From positions 531,238 to 595,237 of the forward strand of contig NW_005434669.1 of assembly GCF_000315625.1 (NCBI RefSeq): a stretch of DNA of 64,000 bases, read 5' to 3'. The stretch's first letter is position 1, and the number at the start of each line of letters is the position of its first letter. A program made the translations under genes and the position numbers. The notes under the pieces are model-generated. The model had not been told where the DNA came from. It saw only the letters and a list, made by a program, of their open reading frames with translations, and searched no databases. Source of the DNA: Guillardia theta CCMP2712 (Eukaryota; Protista; Cryptophyta). Below are positions 49,329-62,099 of this stretch, one piece after another.

Positions 49329-51823
49329 ATGGAGACTCCAGCGCCATCCAAGGCGACTCACTCAACTGAATTTAGTCGGAGGAGAGGACAGGGCGATCAG
49401 CATATCAGCAACACTCCTTTCTCGCACTTGACCGGGGTATGGCTCGATCTCACTGATGGATCTTTGCATCGAATGTTAAGATCTGTTGCTGTTCTCGCAG
49501 TTCTCCACGATGGAGCAGTCCCACAAGAGCGAGATGTTTGTTCCTGATACTCCTTATGAGGCTTCAGAGCAATTCAAGTCCACAGGTTTGCCGTGAGAAT
49601 CGTGCAGACGAGTTAGAAACTCATCATTGCTGCAGTCAAAATACCGAAGCTATCACTCGCGACGTCTGGTGGTGGGACGGACATGCAGGAAGAACAACGG
49701 CAGGTACATGAACATTGTACGGCAAAGTGCATATCATCGTCAATGCAGGAGGAAATAAGGTTGGATTCGGCTCTCTCTGATCCACAAGATGCCAATATCG
49801 ACGTATTCTCAATTGGCATGTGTAAATTGCTCACACGATGCTCTCTCAGAATGCTTCACATTTCATGGATGCATCCCAAGGTGAACAGACACTAAAAAAA
49901 AACATCTCGATGTGTAATCGTTGATGATCAGGATATCGACGGATAACCAGCAAGGGGAATGCCATCTTAACTGCGCAGCATGATTCAAGCGAATCAGCGG
50001 TTGTCTTGCATGACATGTACACCTGCTGCCTCCACGAGTGAGAGCGCTGATTGCTGGATGACAGGCAGGACTCTAGAGAACAGATCATGAAAGTCGGAGT
50101 TCACTCTGACAAGAAGGCAGTGGAACTACCTTCGCCTTGGAGCAGCGAAGGGGGACTGTCTGAGGTATCAATCCTTTCTCATGATGCAAACTCAGTGAAA
50201 CCATTCGTTGACAAGGATTACATAACGAGGAGAAGCAAATCAATTTGGCTGCATGTGACGCCAGATGAGCTTTCACATCGAGTAGAAGAAATCATGAGAA
50301 TCGACGCGGAAGCTGATACATTAGACCTACACAATGCCGACCAAACAGCTTCACCAGGTCATTGGAATCTTGAATTCAAGAGCACTCTTACGCCCCAATA
50401 GACTTCATGGATTTACTAAATCAGAATGAGAGGATTCTGTGTGCATTACAGTGCAAGGGAATCAAGAGTCTTCCAGGGACTGGTTTGTGCCAAGCAGATC
50501 TTCACTTGAAAATGTTTCTTATACTTTCCAGGTATGGATGTCACTGGAAAATGTTGGGTGGTATTGGTTGAATCAAATTTCGATGGATACATATCTCAAA
50601 GAATATACTTCCATCAGCCTGCTGATCATTCTAGAGGAATACATGTCGAAACGAAGGTACAGTGCGTCGAAGCATCGTTACTGTGGATGTCTGACACGAA
50701 GCTTCTTGCTAGACTCATACGGTTGATTGTGGGATCTTCGCAGTGTGGAGAGATCAAACAGATATTCGAGCGTCTCGAGCCTCCAAAGAAACTCTTGATG
50801 TCCTGAGTGTGGAAGATTATCTTTTACATGTTACATTCGAGCAATTCGCTGCGACATCGGTTAAAAAACGGACTATTCAAGTCAAGACTCAGTGCCGCCC
50901 AGAGTTCTTGCACAAACTCTGCACGTGTCATCCAACGATGACGATCGATCTCTGCCAGGTATTACAAATACTCGCTTGTCTGTCCAAACCATGAATTTGA
51001 TACCCAGGCGGCTGAAAAGAGTCAACGCTGTATTCCTAACATCTCTGTCTTTTCAACTTCTACTGACTGTATCTCTCAAGGCGATCTGCCTTTAGTTTGT
51101 TGTATTTGTGTCCTTCCCTCCCCCTGCAGGTGATCAAGTCCTTGTCAGTGGTAGACTTGCAAGGTTAAACAGGAGGGTGTTTCTAGGTTCAAGAATGCGA
51201 AGTTCGAAGCGAAATCTTTTGAGGATGACACGATAGGAAAGATAGTTGCAAACAAAAGCAGCATGTGAGTTTCAGAAACCGGAAAGCACTTGAAGGTTGA
51301 CGTGTCTGTTGATAGAACGACAGAAAAGCTTGAAGAGACGAGGGATCGGAGGGACTGCCCTCAAATGGTAAACAGCACAAAATCGTCTTCTGTACAATCG
51401 TCGGACTATTACAGCATCAACTTGAAGTATCTTGATTGGAGCCGGTGTGCATTCAAACAGTTTTATTGGCAAATAACGCTCGATTTCAGCAAACGTATCA
51501 AGGAGACCGTGATCCTCGTGTCTCCAGCAGAACCAACAAGTGACCTCCACCTAATCATCCCTCTCAACTCAACTTATCGCAGGAAAGGTGATCGAATTCG
51601 TTCTTTTGTCCAGCAAAAGAATGAAGACGGTGGATCATGCGGGAAATTTCAAGAAGGTCGAACACTCGCTTCTTGTTTGCTGCGAGTCCTGACGAGCTTC
51701 ACTGGCGGTCAGTCCGAACCTTCGAAGGCACTGAAAGCCCTCGCATCATCAGGCAGCCATTTGCCGCAAACCAACATGTCAACTGGCGAGAGGTTGCGTA
51801 AACTTATCGGGTGGGAGAAGTGA
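49329..51823 (+). CDS. Hypothetical protein, multi-exon (could be more than one gene)
   Basis: Chain of plus-strand exon-sized ORFs with GT-AG introns, ending in ORF 51290-51823. No recognisable domain. Confidence 0.45.
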
Positions 51824-52120
51824 GTTAGCAAACATCTCTATGAGTTAGCAAACATCTCTATGAGTTAGCAAACATCTCTATGAGTTAGCAAACATCTCTA
51901 TGAGTTAGCAAACATCTCTATGAGTCAGCAAACATCTCTATGAGTTAGCAAACATCTCTATGAGTTAGCAAACATCTCTATGAGTTAGCAAACATCTCTA
52001 TGAGTTAGCAAACATCTCTATGAGTTAGCAAACATCTCTATGAGTTAGCAAACATCTCTATGAGTTAGCAAACATCTCTTTGAGTTAGCAAACATCTCTT
52101 TGAGTTAGCAAACATCTCTT
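51821..52120 (+). repeat. Minisatellite, 15 x 20 bp TGAGTTAGCAAACATCTCTA
   Basis: Head-to-tail copies with no spacers. Copy 6 has TGAGTCAGCA; the last three end CTCTT. Confidence 0.98.
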
Positions 52121-52508
52121 TGAATCTGATTATAATACAAATTCTCCTTTATTATAATACAATTACATGCTTCTTGACTCACATGTTACTCGCGCATTGC
52201 TGCCCTTGCCTGTGTTATTTGTAAACCATATTTGCTTGCTGCCTTTCTATTTCCTACTGAGGCAGGCTCGTTATTAATATCGGCGGAGGCTTCCTCTCGC
52301 ATGCACTGCACTGGGGGTGTTGCAGTTTCTCTCCGCTATGCCGCGCGTGCTCGCTTGTCAGCCCCGCTCGATGCGCTCCAAGTGCTTCAGCTCATTTTTG
52401 CCTCCCCTTGCATGCCCGTAGCTTGACCTATGTTTCGTGTTTCTTTCGGTATATCGTGCTCATTCCTGCGTGACGATTTCACTTTGGCACAGAGCGAGCT
52501 AGTCTGAG

Positions 52509-53065
52509 ATGTCTCTCTGGATTACGCGATGGATGCGAAGCGGGCTCCCTCCCATGATGAGAATGCCAAAGAAGGCAGCAGCTGCAGCAGTGGAAAAGAA
52601 AAAGATTGGTAGGGTTTTCACTTGCAGGTCAAGCAGCTTACTTTAGGTTCCAGTGCAAGAGTTTGTTCCTGAAACGAGCAAGCCAGGGGACGTCATTCCC
52701 GGTCTCAACTACATGAAAGATGGAAAAGGCAATCAAATTTGAACGTTGATGTTCTCGCATGACTGCAAGTAGATCCTGTCATTATGGAGGACGACAAGTA
52801 TCCAGAATGGTTGTTTGAACTCTTGAAGCCAAGGCGAACGATGCAGGTCAAAGCAACAAGTATATCAAAGAACCATTGTTGATCTTTATTGCTGCACCAG
52901 GATTTAGAAAAAGATGCAGATAAAGATGTTCACAGTCTGACTTATCAAGAACAACGGAGGCTGATGAAGTATTATTTGATTTCTACTGCTTCAGTTAACA
53001 GACTCGGCAGATTGATCAATCGGCAAAGGATCAAAACCGAGAACGAGAGAAAGAGTAAGGCTTAG
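52509..53065 (+). CDS. MRPL54: Mitochondrial ribosomal protein mL54 (yeast MRPL37 family), 5 exons
   Basis: Presequence MSLWITRWMRSG.., VIPGLNYMKDGK|DPVIMEDDKYPEWLFELL, NRQRIK.EN. Confidence 0.88.
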
Positions 53066-53175
53066 ACGGTCTTAGCTTGCAGTCACAATATCCTCACGTG
53101 TGCACTCGACGGGGCATGCGGAAGATGCCAGCGGTGAAGATGCCAGCGGTGTCAACGGGCAAAGCGAATTATAGT

Positions 53176-56100
53176 TTACAACAAGGGAATACAGTGCGAG
53201 CTCGACAGGATTACGAGGAGGACGAGACTTCTACCGATCTCACTTGGACGAGTTGCTTGCAGACTGCGGAAGATTATGAGTGCTTCTCAGCAGCCGTCAT
53301 CCTACCTTAGGTCGATATGCTGACTGCGCGCTCGTAGGCCTTGCCCAGGGACCCCTAGCTCGTCGTCATGCACATCCTCGCACCTCTCCAGCTCTCCTCT
53401 CTGCTTACCTTCCCTCCGGCTTGAAGGAAGCCGAGGAGTACCAAGGGTCTCGCTTCTTCATCGGATCAAGTGGGGCCTCATACGCTGCCCTTCCCCCGCT
53501 CGCCTCAAGCTCGGAAGAATCAGGAGAACGGACCACAGCAGTGTCCGGTCTTGCACGTAGAGCAGAGGAAGCTACACGAGCCTTGTCAAGAACCTGCACA
53601 ACACAGTAAGAGATGAAGAGCATGACGGGCATGAGACGTAGGAGTAGTGGACAGAAGAAGCCGCAGGTGCTGTGTCAGGTCGAATGTCGCTGTCGAAGTT
53701 GTCCTCCTCCTCGCTCATGTCGTAGATCGACGACCCTGACCGATCTCAGTGAGATTTGAGCAAACATGTCACAAGAGCTGCCGGCAGAAGATGAGGAGGA
53801 GGTTCCGGCCCATGGCGACCCGCCGATGGCGTTAAAGTCGAAGTCTCTATCCGGAGCTGTTTCACCGAGCCCTGCACACCCTGCGAGTCATCGACGAGGA
53901 GAGGTCACGTCTCAACCTGTCGCTCTGCGATCAAGCAGCTTTCGGCTCGAGTTGTCTTCAAGCTCGACAGGAAAGCTTGAGGTTCCTTGCCTGCTCCATG
54001 CTCAACATACCACGTGACCGTGAAGCGGGAAGCAAGTGACCGTTTTTCTGTCGTTGCTGTTGCTTGCCGCGATTGCAGCATCGCTCCATGCTGAAGCGAT
54101 CTAATCTCGTGACTCCTTGTCTCCACCTGCTGACTCTCCATGTAGAACCCTAAGCTCGAGACCGAACGCTCCCCTGCCTCTCGTCAGCCTCCCTCCTACT
54201 CACACTCGAACCACCTCGGCCAGCAGAAGCTAGCCTGCTGCTCCGAGACGAGCCTCCCCGAGCTGTTTCAGGACGACTCTGGTCGCACATCATACACCGG
54301 CAAGAGGAGCTCAAGTCGTAACCTGACGGAAGACTTTGGCGCTCCGGACGAGCCGTACGCCACCATCCTTACCCGGGGGTTGGGCAGAGGAGTTTGAGTT
54401 CTCTATCTGATTATTTGCTTCCTGCTGCCTCGAGTACGGCCTCCTCGTCGACGACTTGAGAGCCTCGTAAGGTTCAGCAGAAATCGAAGTCGAATCCTTC
54501 ACCACGCGCCTGCAACGCGCATCAGAGAACAGAGACATGTAACGTCACCTCACCACTCGGATTTTGCAGACGCTGCTTGCTCGCTGGTCTCTGGTTGGAG
54601 GAGCTCTTGTTCCTCCTCGTCAGGCTCTCTGTCAGTGTTACCGAGCAGGCGATGATGCGCCCGGGAGTAATGCGGAGGAGATCTCTCCGAGGACGAGGCG
54701 ACAGCCCTGTCGGCCCCGCCACTGCCCTTGGACAAGTACTTCCTGAAGGAAGGCTGATACCCGCCCCTCGCTGTTGCTTCCGGGTTGGCGCTCCACGGCT
54801 TGAGAGTTTTTTCAGCGATTGGGACAGGAGCAGCCCTCTCTACGTGTGTTCCCTCTTGCAAGCTCGACTGCCGCATGTTGTTGACCGGAGAGACGGAGGG
54901 GGTAGAACTTTCTGAGACGCTCTCAAGCTCAAGTTGCTTCAGCTCTGCACCTTCCTCCTCCTCTTGCGAGGAGAGATGGCTTGCAAGGTTGTCGTTGGTC
55001 CTCGGAGCTGCCCAGTCTCCGTTGGTTGTGAGGACCGAGGTGCCGGGCCTGAGAATCATCTCCTCCGAGAAGTTGGAGGGAGGAGAGCGGAAAATGTTTC
55101 CTTCCTGCGTGAATGGCCGCTTCTTCTCAACGCCCATCGCTAGGGTCACGGATGTGCTTTTCCTCTCCAGGGGTGATGCTTCCTTAATATGCGCTGCCCC
55201 TTCTCCTACCCCGCCGCTACCTCCCCCGACTCCTCCGCTTCCTCGCTCTCTTGCATTCTCACTGTTCCCTGTGGATCGCGAGCCCACCAGAGGTTCTCCG
55301 AGGTGCAAGCTCTGGGTGGGATGACGTTGACGGGAGGGAGGACGCGGGAAGTCTCGGATCCATGACCATGGGTGAACTTGCTCGATGTCGTCGATCCCTC
55401 GGCCCTCTTGAGGATGACTTTGAAAGTCTTTCTCCTGCTCCAAGACAGAACTTTGAGCAACAGGAGGCGCGCTTGCCTTCATCTTCCTCTCGTCGGCCTG
55501 CGCTGATCTGATTCCAGCTCGCCCTGTCCTCGTGGTGGGCGGCTTGTGTGGTTTGGGCTCGATCACTCGCTCCTTCTCTTGAGTCCTCCGAGTGCGCATC
55601 TCAAACTGGTTCTCAAACCAGGGGATGACAACGTCTGTCCTCGGCACTGCTGATACCACCCTGCGATTCGACTCCGGAAATCCTTTGACAGCTGCCGCTG
55701 CCCTCCTTGAACCTGCCTTACCCCCCTCGCCTCCTTCGCGTTTCCCCTCGCTCGATCCTGCTCTCGCCAGCTCGGACTTTGTGGCCTCACGGCCATGAGT
55801 GATGGCAGTAGAGGCCTTATCGCTGACAGCATCATGTGAATGACAGTCAGCAGGTAAGCATGAAGCAAACTTTACCTCGATTTGGGCGGTTCTCCTTCGC
55901 TTATCCCTTGCGTATCTTCACACCGATCAACAGCCAGTTGGCGCCGGCCAGCGCTCTTGACAAGACGAAGTTAGAAGAACAAGCAAAGGGCGAGGCCTGA
56001 CAGGAGATACACACCTTCTGCTGATTCTTCTTTTGATATGCCTCATACGCCTTTTCTATCTCTTCATCTGTGCGCGAGAATGACCAATCCCTTCCCTGAC

Positions 56101-57844
56101 CATCATCACTGTCCTCCGAGGTCCCTGACGTTCCATCTCGTGCTCCAGTCGGAGAATCTTCGGGTTTCGAGGGGTTGGGCGAGGTGGAGGTATCGTTGTA
56201 GATGCCCGCAGCAGCATACAGCGACTTCTTGTCTGGAAAGTGATCCGAGGTACCAGCAGAGTGCTGATCGGAGGGAGAGTAAACTTTGATCATCGTCTTG
56301 ATGTTGAACTCTTGCTGACTTATCAGGTCATCGTCGCTGAGGTAACTCGTCTCTTGCAGCGGAGGCGAGGGGTTGCTGCGAATTGAGATCGGCGACGACC
56401 TGTTCGAGTCCGCTGACTCCCTATAGCCACGTCAGCCAATTCTCAACCCTCAGCGCAGTTGCGCACCTGGTCCCTGAGAGCTTGACGGAACGAGCTGGCA
56501 GCTGGCTGGAGGAAGCAGGGCCTCTTGCCCACTGGCTGTAGAGCGAGTCGCGATCTATCCTCCTCTCACGATCCTCCGGCGACCTCGAGCCCCCCCGAGC
56601 ATCATCAGCAGCTGGAGGGCTCGGATTCGACAAGGAGAGGAACCCGGATCCAAACCTCCGATGATTCATCTGCGACGAGGCCACCTGGTCGTTTCTGACC
56701 GCCGGCTCCGCCTTGGGTCTCACGATCTGCACAGGGATGGAGGATGAGGGTTCCGACCGCAGGCTCCTCCTGAACATCGTGACGGCCTTCCCATCGCCTG
56801 CACTGTTGGGAGGAGACGCCCCCGCTGATCGTTCTCGAGCCGCCTCCTCAGTGCCTGGCCGAAGCCTTCCAGCCCTGCTCTTTGTTGCAGAGGACGAGGA
56901 TTCCAACTCAAAATCGGGGGTCTGCACCACCTGCTGCAGGCATCAGAGGAGCAAAGACCCTCGCCTGGTAGACGCGTCAAGGACCTGAGGAACTTCTGAC
57001 TTCGGGCGTCGCATACGTCGCAGAGCGTTGTTTAGGTCAGCGATTCGGCCCCCTACGCGCCGTGTCAGCTCCAGGAGGAGGGGATCATAGCTCGCGCAAC
57101 CCTGTGCAGAGGTGACGGTAGTCCTGGAGTCGTTGAAGTACGAAGAATCCTGCTGAAGCCAAGAGCCTTGCTTTGACTCCTGCTGCAAGTCTCAGACTTC
57201 TGGACCTTTGACGCTTCCCTTACCTCGGCCTGTCGATCCTCGTTCGGGGGAGCCGTAGCAGCGCGCAGACCGTCAGAGTCAAGCAAGGATATACTCCACT
57301 CGTTCTCCTTGCCCGTCGGTCTGACATCGGGTGCCCTCTGCAAGAGTTTCAGGTACAGTGCAAGCGTCTATGGCGACCTCGTTCTGACTTCTCTCCTCCG
57401 TCCTTTGCCTCCCACGGGACTTGCGGATCGCAGCCCTGCGACTGCTGCCATTCTCCTGCGGCGAGACCTCTTTCTGCTCATTCGAGGGAGACTTACGCTC
57501 CCCGTGCTTCCTTGCCCCCGCACCAGTCGCATCTTGCAGGAAGCGTTTGGGTCTGACGAACGCACCTGCAGCTGCAATCATCACGCCTTCCCTCCTCTTC
57601 CTCTCACCTGAATCACTGTACGGGGAGAGAAACTTGGCGTCCTTGCCAGCAGAAGGTTCGTGCTCGGCAGAGTCTATGAGCCTGAGATAAAGGGCAATCA
57701 GATCGCAGGGCAGGAGAGCCCGAGCCCTCACAGGAGCCCGCTCGAATGCAGCTCGTCCTCCAGCTCGTCCTCCAGCTCGTCCTCCAGGATCAGAATCTCT
57801 CTCTGCCTCTCATTCGGCGTGGAGGAGGTTCTGCCTTCTGACAT
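53176..57844 (-). CDS. Large low-complexity Ser/Arg/Glu-rich hypothetical protein, multi-exon
   Basis: Long minus-strand ORFs (54550-55659, 56421-56930, 57279-57731) joined by introns; (EDEL)3 near the N-terminus. Both ends are approximate. Confidence 0.55.
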
Positions 57845-58149
57845 GCCTGGCCTCACTCCAGCGCAAGTTGCCTCCCCCGCCTCATCTGCTCAGACTGTCA
57901 GACATGGCGATGCTAGTGTTGTGTGTTGTGAGCTACTGGTCTTTGAGAATCGTTCCTCAGCTCGTTCACCTCGTCAGCTCTGCCCGACTGCTCTGACCGC
58001 CAGGTGTTTGAACCAACACACTCCCCTTCCGTCGATCTCAAACTACCATCAACTGCTGCTCATTTCACCAATCGCACCTCCTTTCCCTGCCCAGTTCTCA
58101 AAACAAGCGCTCTCTTCGGCATTCTCCTCGTAACCTTACTCGCCCTCAT

Positions 58150-58505
58150 CCGTCTCCTCTTCTCGTTCTCCTTCCTCTCCTGCCGATCTCTCCTCCCCTT
58201 CCTCTTCCCCTCCTCCACCCTCCTCTTCTCTCCTCGTCCTCGTCCTTCTTCTCCTCGTCCTCGTCCCTTCTCCTCCTCCTCCTCCTCCTCCTCCTCCTCT
58301 CCCTTCCCCTCCTGCTTTCCTTGTTGCCCGCTTGTCGCCTTCCGACCATGACTACTACACCGCAAGTCCGATTGCAAGGGGTCTGTCAGGTCAACCGAGG
58401 GGGTGGGTCGCTCTGTAATATGCCTCAAATGCAGTGGGAGCAGGGGGCAAGAGGGGAAGGAGGCAGGGAAGAGGGAGGAGGAGGAGGAGGAGGAGGAGGA
58501 GGGAG
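58150..58505. repeat. (CCT)n tract followed by (GGA)n tract in a divergent intergenic region
   Basis: Directly visible at ~58270-58298 and ~58473-58500. Confidence 0.75.
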
Positions 58506-58641
58506 GGCGAAGATTGGGTTCAAGGAAGGAAGTGGCAGACAGCAGCAGGCAACTGGTCGCTCAAGGCTCATCAATCGCAGGCAAGTGCATGGCCCATCGC
58601 AGGATCCGCCCAAGTCTTCCTCCTGCATCATCGACGATGAC

Positions 58642-61030
58642 ATGGAGGCGCGAGGACGAGGAGGATTCGACGCAGTGTTCCCTGAGGACCGCAAGTGGTA
58701 TCCTGCGAGAGTTGTCTCCAGGTCTTTCAGGGTCTCCAAGGTAGAGTTCGTCGGGTACGAGGAGGACGGGGAGTACGAGGTCAGGAGCGAAGACATCCGT
58801 CCTTCTCTCTCCGACATCTTCATACTCGTCTCCACATCCAGCGCAGACGAGACTCGGCTCAGAGTGCAGGTGGAGGCGGACGCGACGGTCGAGGAGCTCA
58901 AACGTCATGTGGAGGCAAGACTCCAGACCCCCAGCACGAGGGTGAGGCTGATCTACCAAGGCAGAGAGCTGACGGACCCAACTTGCCGTCTCTACAGCGA
59001 CTGCTCGATAAGAACCAACAGCACTCTACACCTGTCCGTTAAACATGGTGATGAGGATGGCGAGGATGGGGGGGAGAAGTTCGCTGTAAGAGCGCGGGGG
59101 GCTGGGGGAGGTGACGGAGGAGACTTTCCTGCTTTGATGAAGAGACCGACGAGTCATCAACTGGCGCACAAAAAGAAGAACCAGAAGGCCAAAAGCGCGA
59201 GCAAGCGAGGGGCAGGAGATTGGTGGTCCTCGCTCGATGGCGATGACGTCATCTCTTTGGATCCCCTTTGCGACCTTTCGTATGAACCATTCTTCCTTCC
59301 TGCCAATGCAGGGGACGAACCAGCCGACCGGGGTCGAGCTGGTTGGGTAGACTCCTACAATTTCTTCGACGGCAAGGTCTTGTCCAGATATCTTGTCTCG
59401 ACGGGAAATTTCTCCCACCCCGTGAGCAGGAGATCGTTGGGTCGCGCCGAATGCGTGCGGTAGCTCTCGCCTGCTGCCTGCTCCCCGTCTTATGATTCTT
59501 GTGCAGGCTGGACGGCTACATGGAGAAGAATGGCTTCGGCGAGGCAGGAGTAGTGCACGCGTTCGACCTCAAGGACGACAAGACTGATAACGGCAGGAAC
59601 CACCTGGAGGTGTCGCAGATGTACCTGTGCTCTCTTGCCCTTGTCTGATCCGCGCGGCAGGCGCTGCAACGAGAGGCCGAGTCGATCCTCCAATCGCTCT
59701 TCTCCAACGCTCAGAGAGATTATCCGTCAAGGCGTCATAGTCAGCCTCGTCCTCGTCGGGTGGAGGACTCGTTGAGCCTCGCGGCCCCTCCCCCTCTGCG
59801 CCAAGACGTTGTCCAGTCGAGGATCGTGGACGACGACGAGGAGGCAGGCATCGTTCAGCACCAGCAGATGATGCAGGAGAGCTGGCCCGAGCTGCCCCGC
59901 TTGCAGCATCGCTCCAAGCCAGAAATGGTGCATGCTCCTGCAGACTTCGGTTCCACACGGCAGGGGGAGGAGGAGGGGGAGGAGGTGGGAGCAGGAGAAG
60001 AGGAGGTGGAGGCGTTTCCCTCAGAGCCCTCGGAGCCTTGGGCCGAGCAGGACGATGCCACGGTTGTTGACATCTCGCGGATCAGCTGGCCATGGAGGTG
60101 GACGGCCTCTGCCACGTCAGCGATCAAGGACGTCGAGGACCCCGGCCTGCAGGTTCTGCTGGAGAGGCAGATGGGAGGAGCAGCTCGAGACTTTCGGTTT
60201 GAGGAGGAGATCTCTTTCATCGAGCATCAACTCCAGCAGGCAACAAGCTGCGGGCGCTCCTTGGTCGAGCTCGGATTCCAGGTGAAGCGAGTCTGTGTGC
60301 TGCAGAGCTCGGAGGTGGAAGAGAAGTTCGCGGGGTCTGTGAGGTCCTTGCAGTTTGACGTCTGGGCACGAGAGGGCTGGAGGGAGGAAGCATGTGCGCA
60401 GGGCCCTTCGGGAGGAAGGAAATTCTTTTGGAATGCAGAGACGAGGGAGAGCCGGTGGACTCCTCCTGCTCTTCCTGCCCTGGAGGGGTTAGAGGTTGGA
60501 GGATCCGAGGCTGAGGGGGAGCAGGAGGGGGGGGCAGGCTGGCAGGTCTGTGTCGGAGGCTTTCCTGCTGTGATGAGCTGGAGGACGATGAGCAGCGACA
60601 TGCTGAAGGGGATCAAGAAAGGAGCGAAGAAACTCCTGGAGGAAGTGAGGAGGGAAGACGAGGTCGTCGCTGCTGACCTGTTGGATGACTTGGACCAAGC
60701 TTCTCTGGAGAAGGGCGGGAGCCAGCTGGTCTGCACTGAGCTGCCTGCTGCTCTTGCCCTTGCTGCGCGACGAGCAGGACTAGAGGTGGAGGGGGTGGAG
60801 GACATCGACGAAGGAGCAGAGCTAAGCCTGCTGCTCGGTCTGTCGGTGCTTGGGGAGGAGGACAGGTCATGAGGTACAAGACTGCAGGAGAGAGCTCACT
60901 TGTGTTGAGGCAGAGACTGGAGCCTCGTGGCCGATCCCTCCAACGACGGCTTGCGTGCAGTTCAGCTTCGTGACCACCGATGGACCTTGAGACGCTTCGT
61001 CGTCACTGTTTGTCGCCTGGTGAGTTTTGA
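58642..61030 (+). CDS. Multidomain protein: Tudor/Agenet, ubiquitin-like, U-box/RING-like, WW and degenerate PARP-like domain
   Basis: AVFPEDRKWYPARV..VEFVGY (Tudor); TVEELK..RLIYQGREL..STLHL (UBL); DVISLDPL..FDGKVLSRYL...HPVSRR (U-box-like); GWREE..GRKFFWNAETRESRWTPP (WW). The 3' end is uncertain. Confidence 0.7.
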
Positions 61031-61084
61031 AAGGAGCCTGGTGGTGCGGGAAGGAAAGGGAGGAGGGGGAAGGGGGCAGATAGA

Positions 61085-62021
61085 CATGGGAGACTCACAG
61101 TGTGATGTTGTGGATGGCTGCAGGTAAGGACAGAGTCTCCCTCCCTCCAGCCACCAGCAGGAGTGCATGAGGGGCAGGTGCTCGTCTCCATGCTGAGCCA
61201 GGTCGTTCGCACCCCTTCTCCTCCTCCTCCTCCTCCTCCCTCCTGTCTTCCTTTGCGCCCTCTTCCATCCGTCGTCTCATCATCCAGCAGGAGGGTGCAA
61301 CGATCCGCTACACTATGGATGGGAGCGACCCTCTTAACGACGAGCAGCTGGAGACGGGTCGGGTGCAGTCGTACGACCGGCCCTTCATCCTCGGGCAAGG
61401 CACCTTCAACATCCGCGCGGTTGCGATGAAACTCGGCATGGCCGACAGCCTCGAGTCTCGTGCCCTTTACATCGTGAAAGCGAGATGTGCTCCTCCTTGT
61501 TTCAGCCCAAACGTCGCCGAGCTCTGCGCTGGCAACAAGGTTCCTCTGACTTTGACCTTGCGCTTGACTCCTCGTCCTCTAGCTGGGCCCATCCTCGCCT
61601 CTGACTGCCTCGCTAGATCTCCATGTCGACACGCACGTGGGAAGTACTTCCAGACGCCAAGATTCACTTCACCCTCGAGAAGGTGGAGGAGCCGCAGGGG
61701 GATGGAGGTCAACGGGTGCGGGCTCGCCAGGGGTTCTTCCAAGAGCCGCTGGTCCTGCATGAGGAAGGGGTCTGGAGCATCCGAGCAGTCACCATGCACA
61801 CAAGCATGCTGCCCTCAGAGAGCTCCTCTGTCAGGATTGTTGTCCGTGCACGAGAGGAGAGGACAGGGACGAGCGAGGAGCAACCGGCTGGCAGCGAGCA
61901 GCGAGCTCCTGTTGCACAGCAGGGGGGGATGGGAAGGAGGTGGTCGCCTGTGACCTTGTCTCTTGTCGTCGCGGTCTTCGCTGCTCTTGTTGCTTTCTTC
62001 CTATCAAGACCGGTGACTTGA
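61085..62021 (+). CDS. Two Fn3-associated/chitobiase C-terminal-like domains plus C-terminal TM (tail anchor); may be fused to the upstream gene
   Basis: PPAGVH..V.VS..|GATIRYTMDGSDP..YDRPFIL..IRAVA; PDAKIHFTL..PLVL..IRAVT; TM VTLSLVVAVFAALVAFFL. Confidence 0.7.
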
Positions 62022-62099
62022 GACTTCAATGAAGTGTTTACTATGTGCCCACTGCCAACTCCCCCCCTACTTCGCCCCACCATGTCAGCAATGCGTTGG

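Noticed and set aside
48905-49351. ORFs with (SSHLI/SSRLV)n repeats, also at 42083-42311
   Set aside because: Translations of the GAGAY microsatellite.
51821-52120. 20-bp repeat array as a CRISPR- or guide-type array
   Set aside because: The units are contiguous with no unique spacers, and there is no cas or RNA-guided nuclease gene nearby.
57749-57786. 12-bp tandem repeat as a regulatory element
   Set aside because: It encodes (EDEL)3 in the minus-strand gene.
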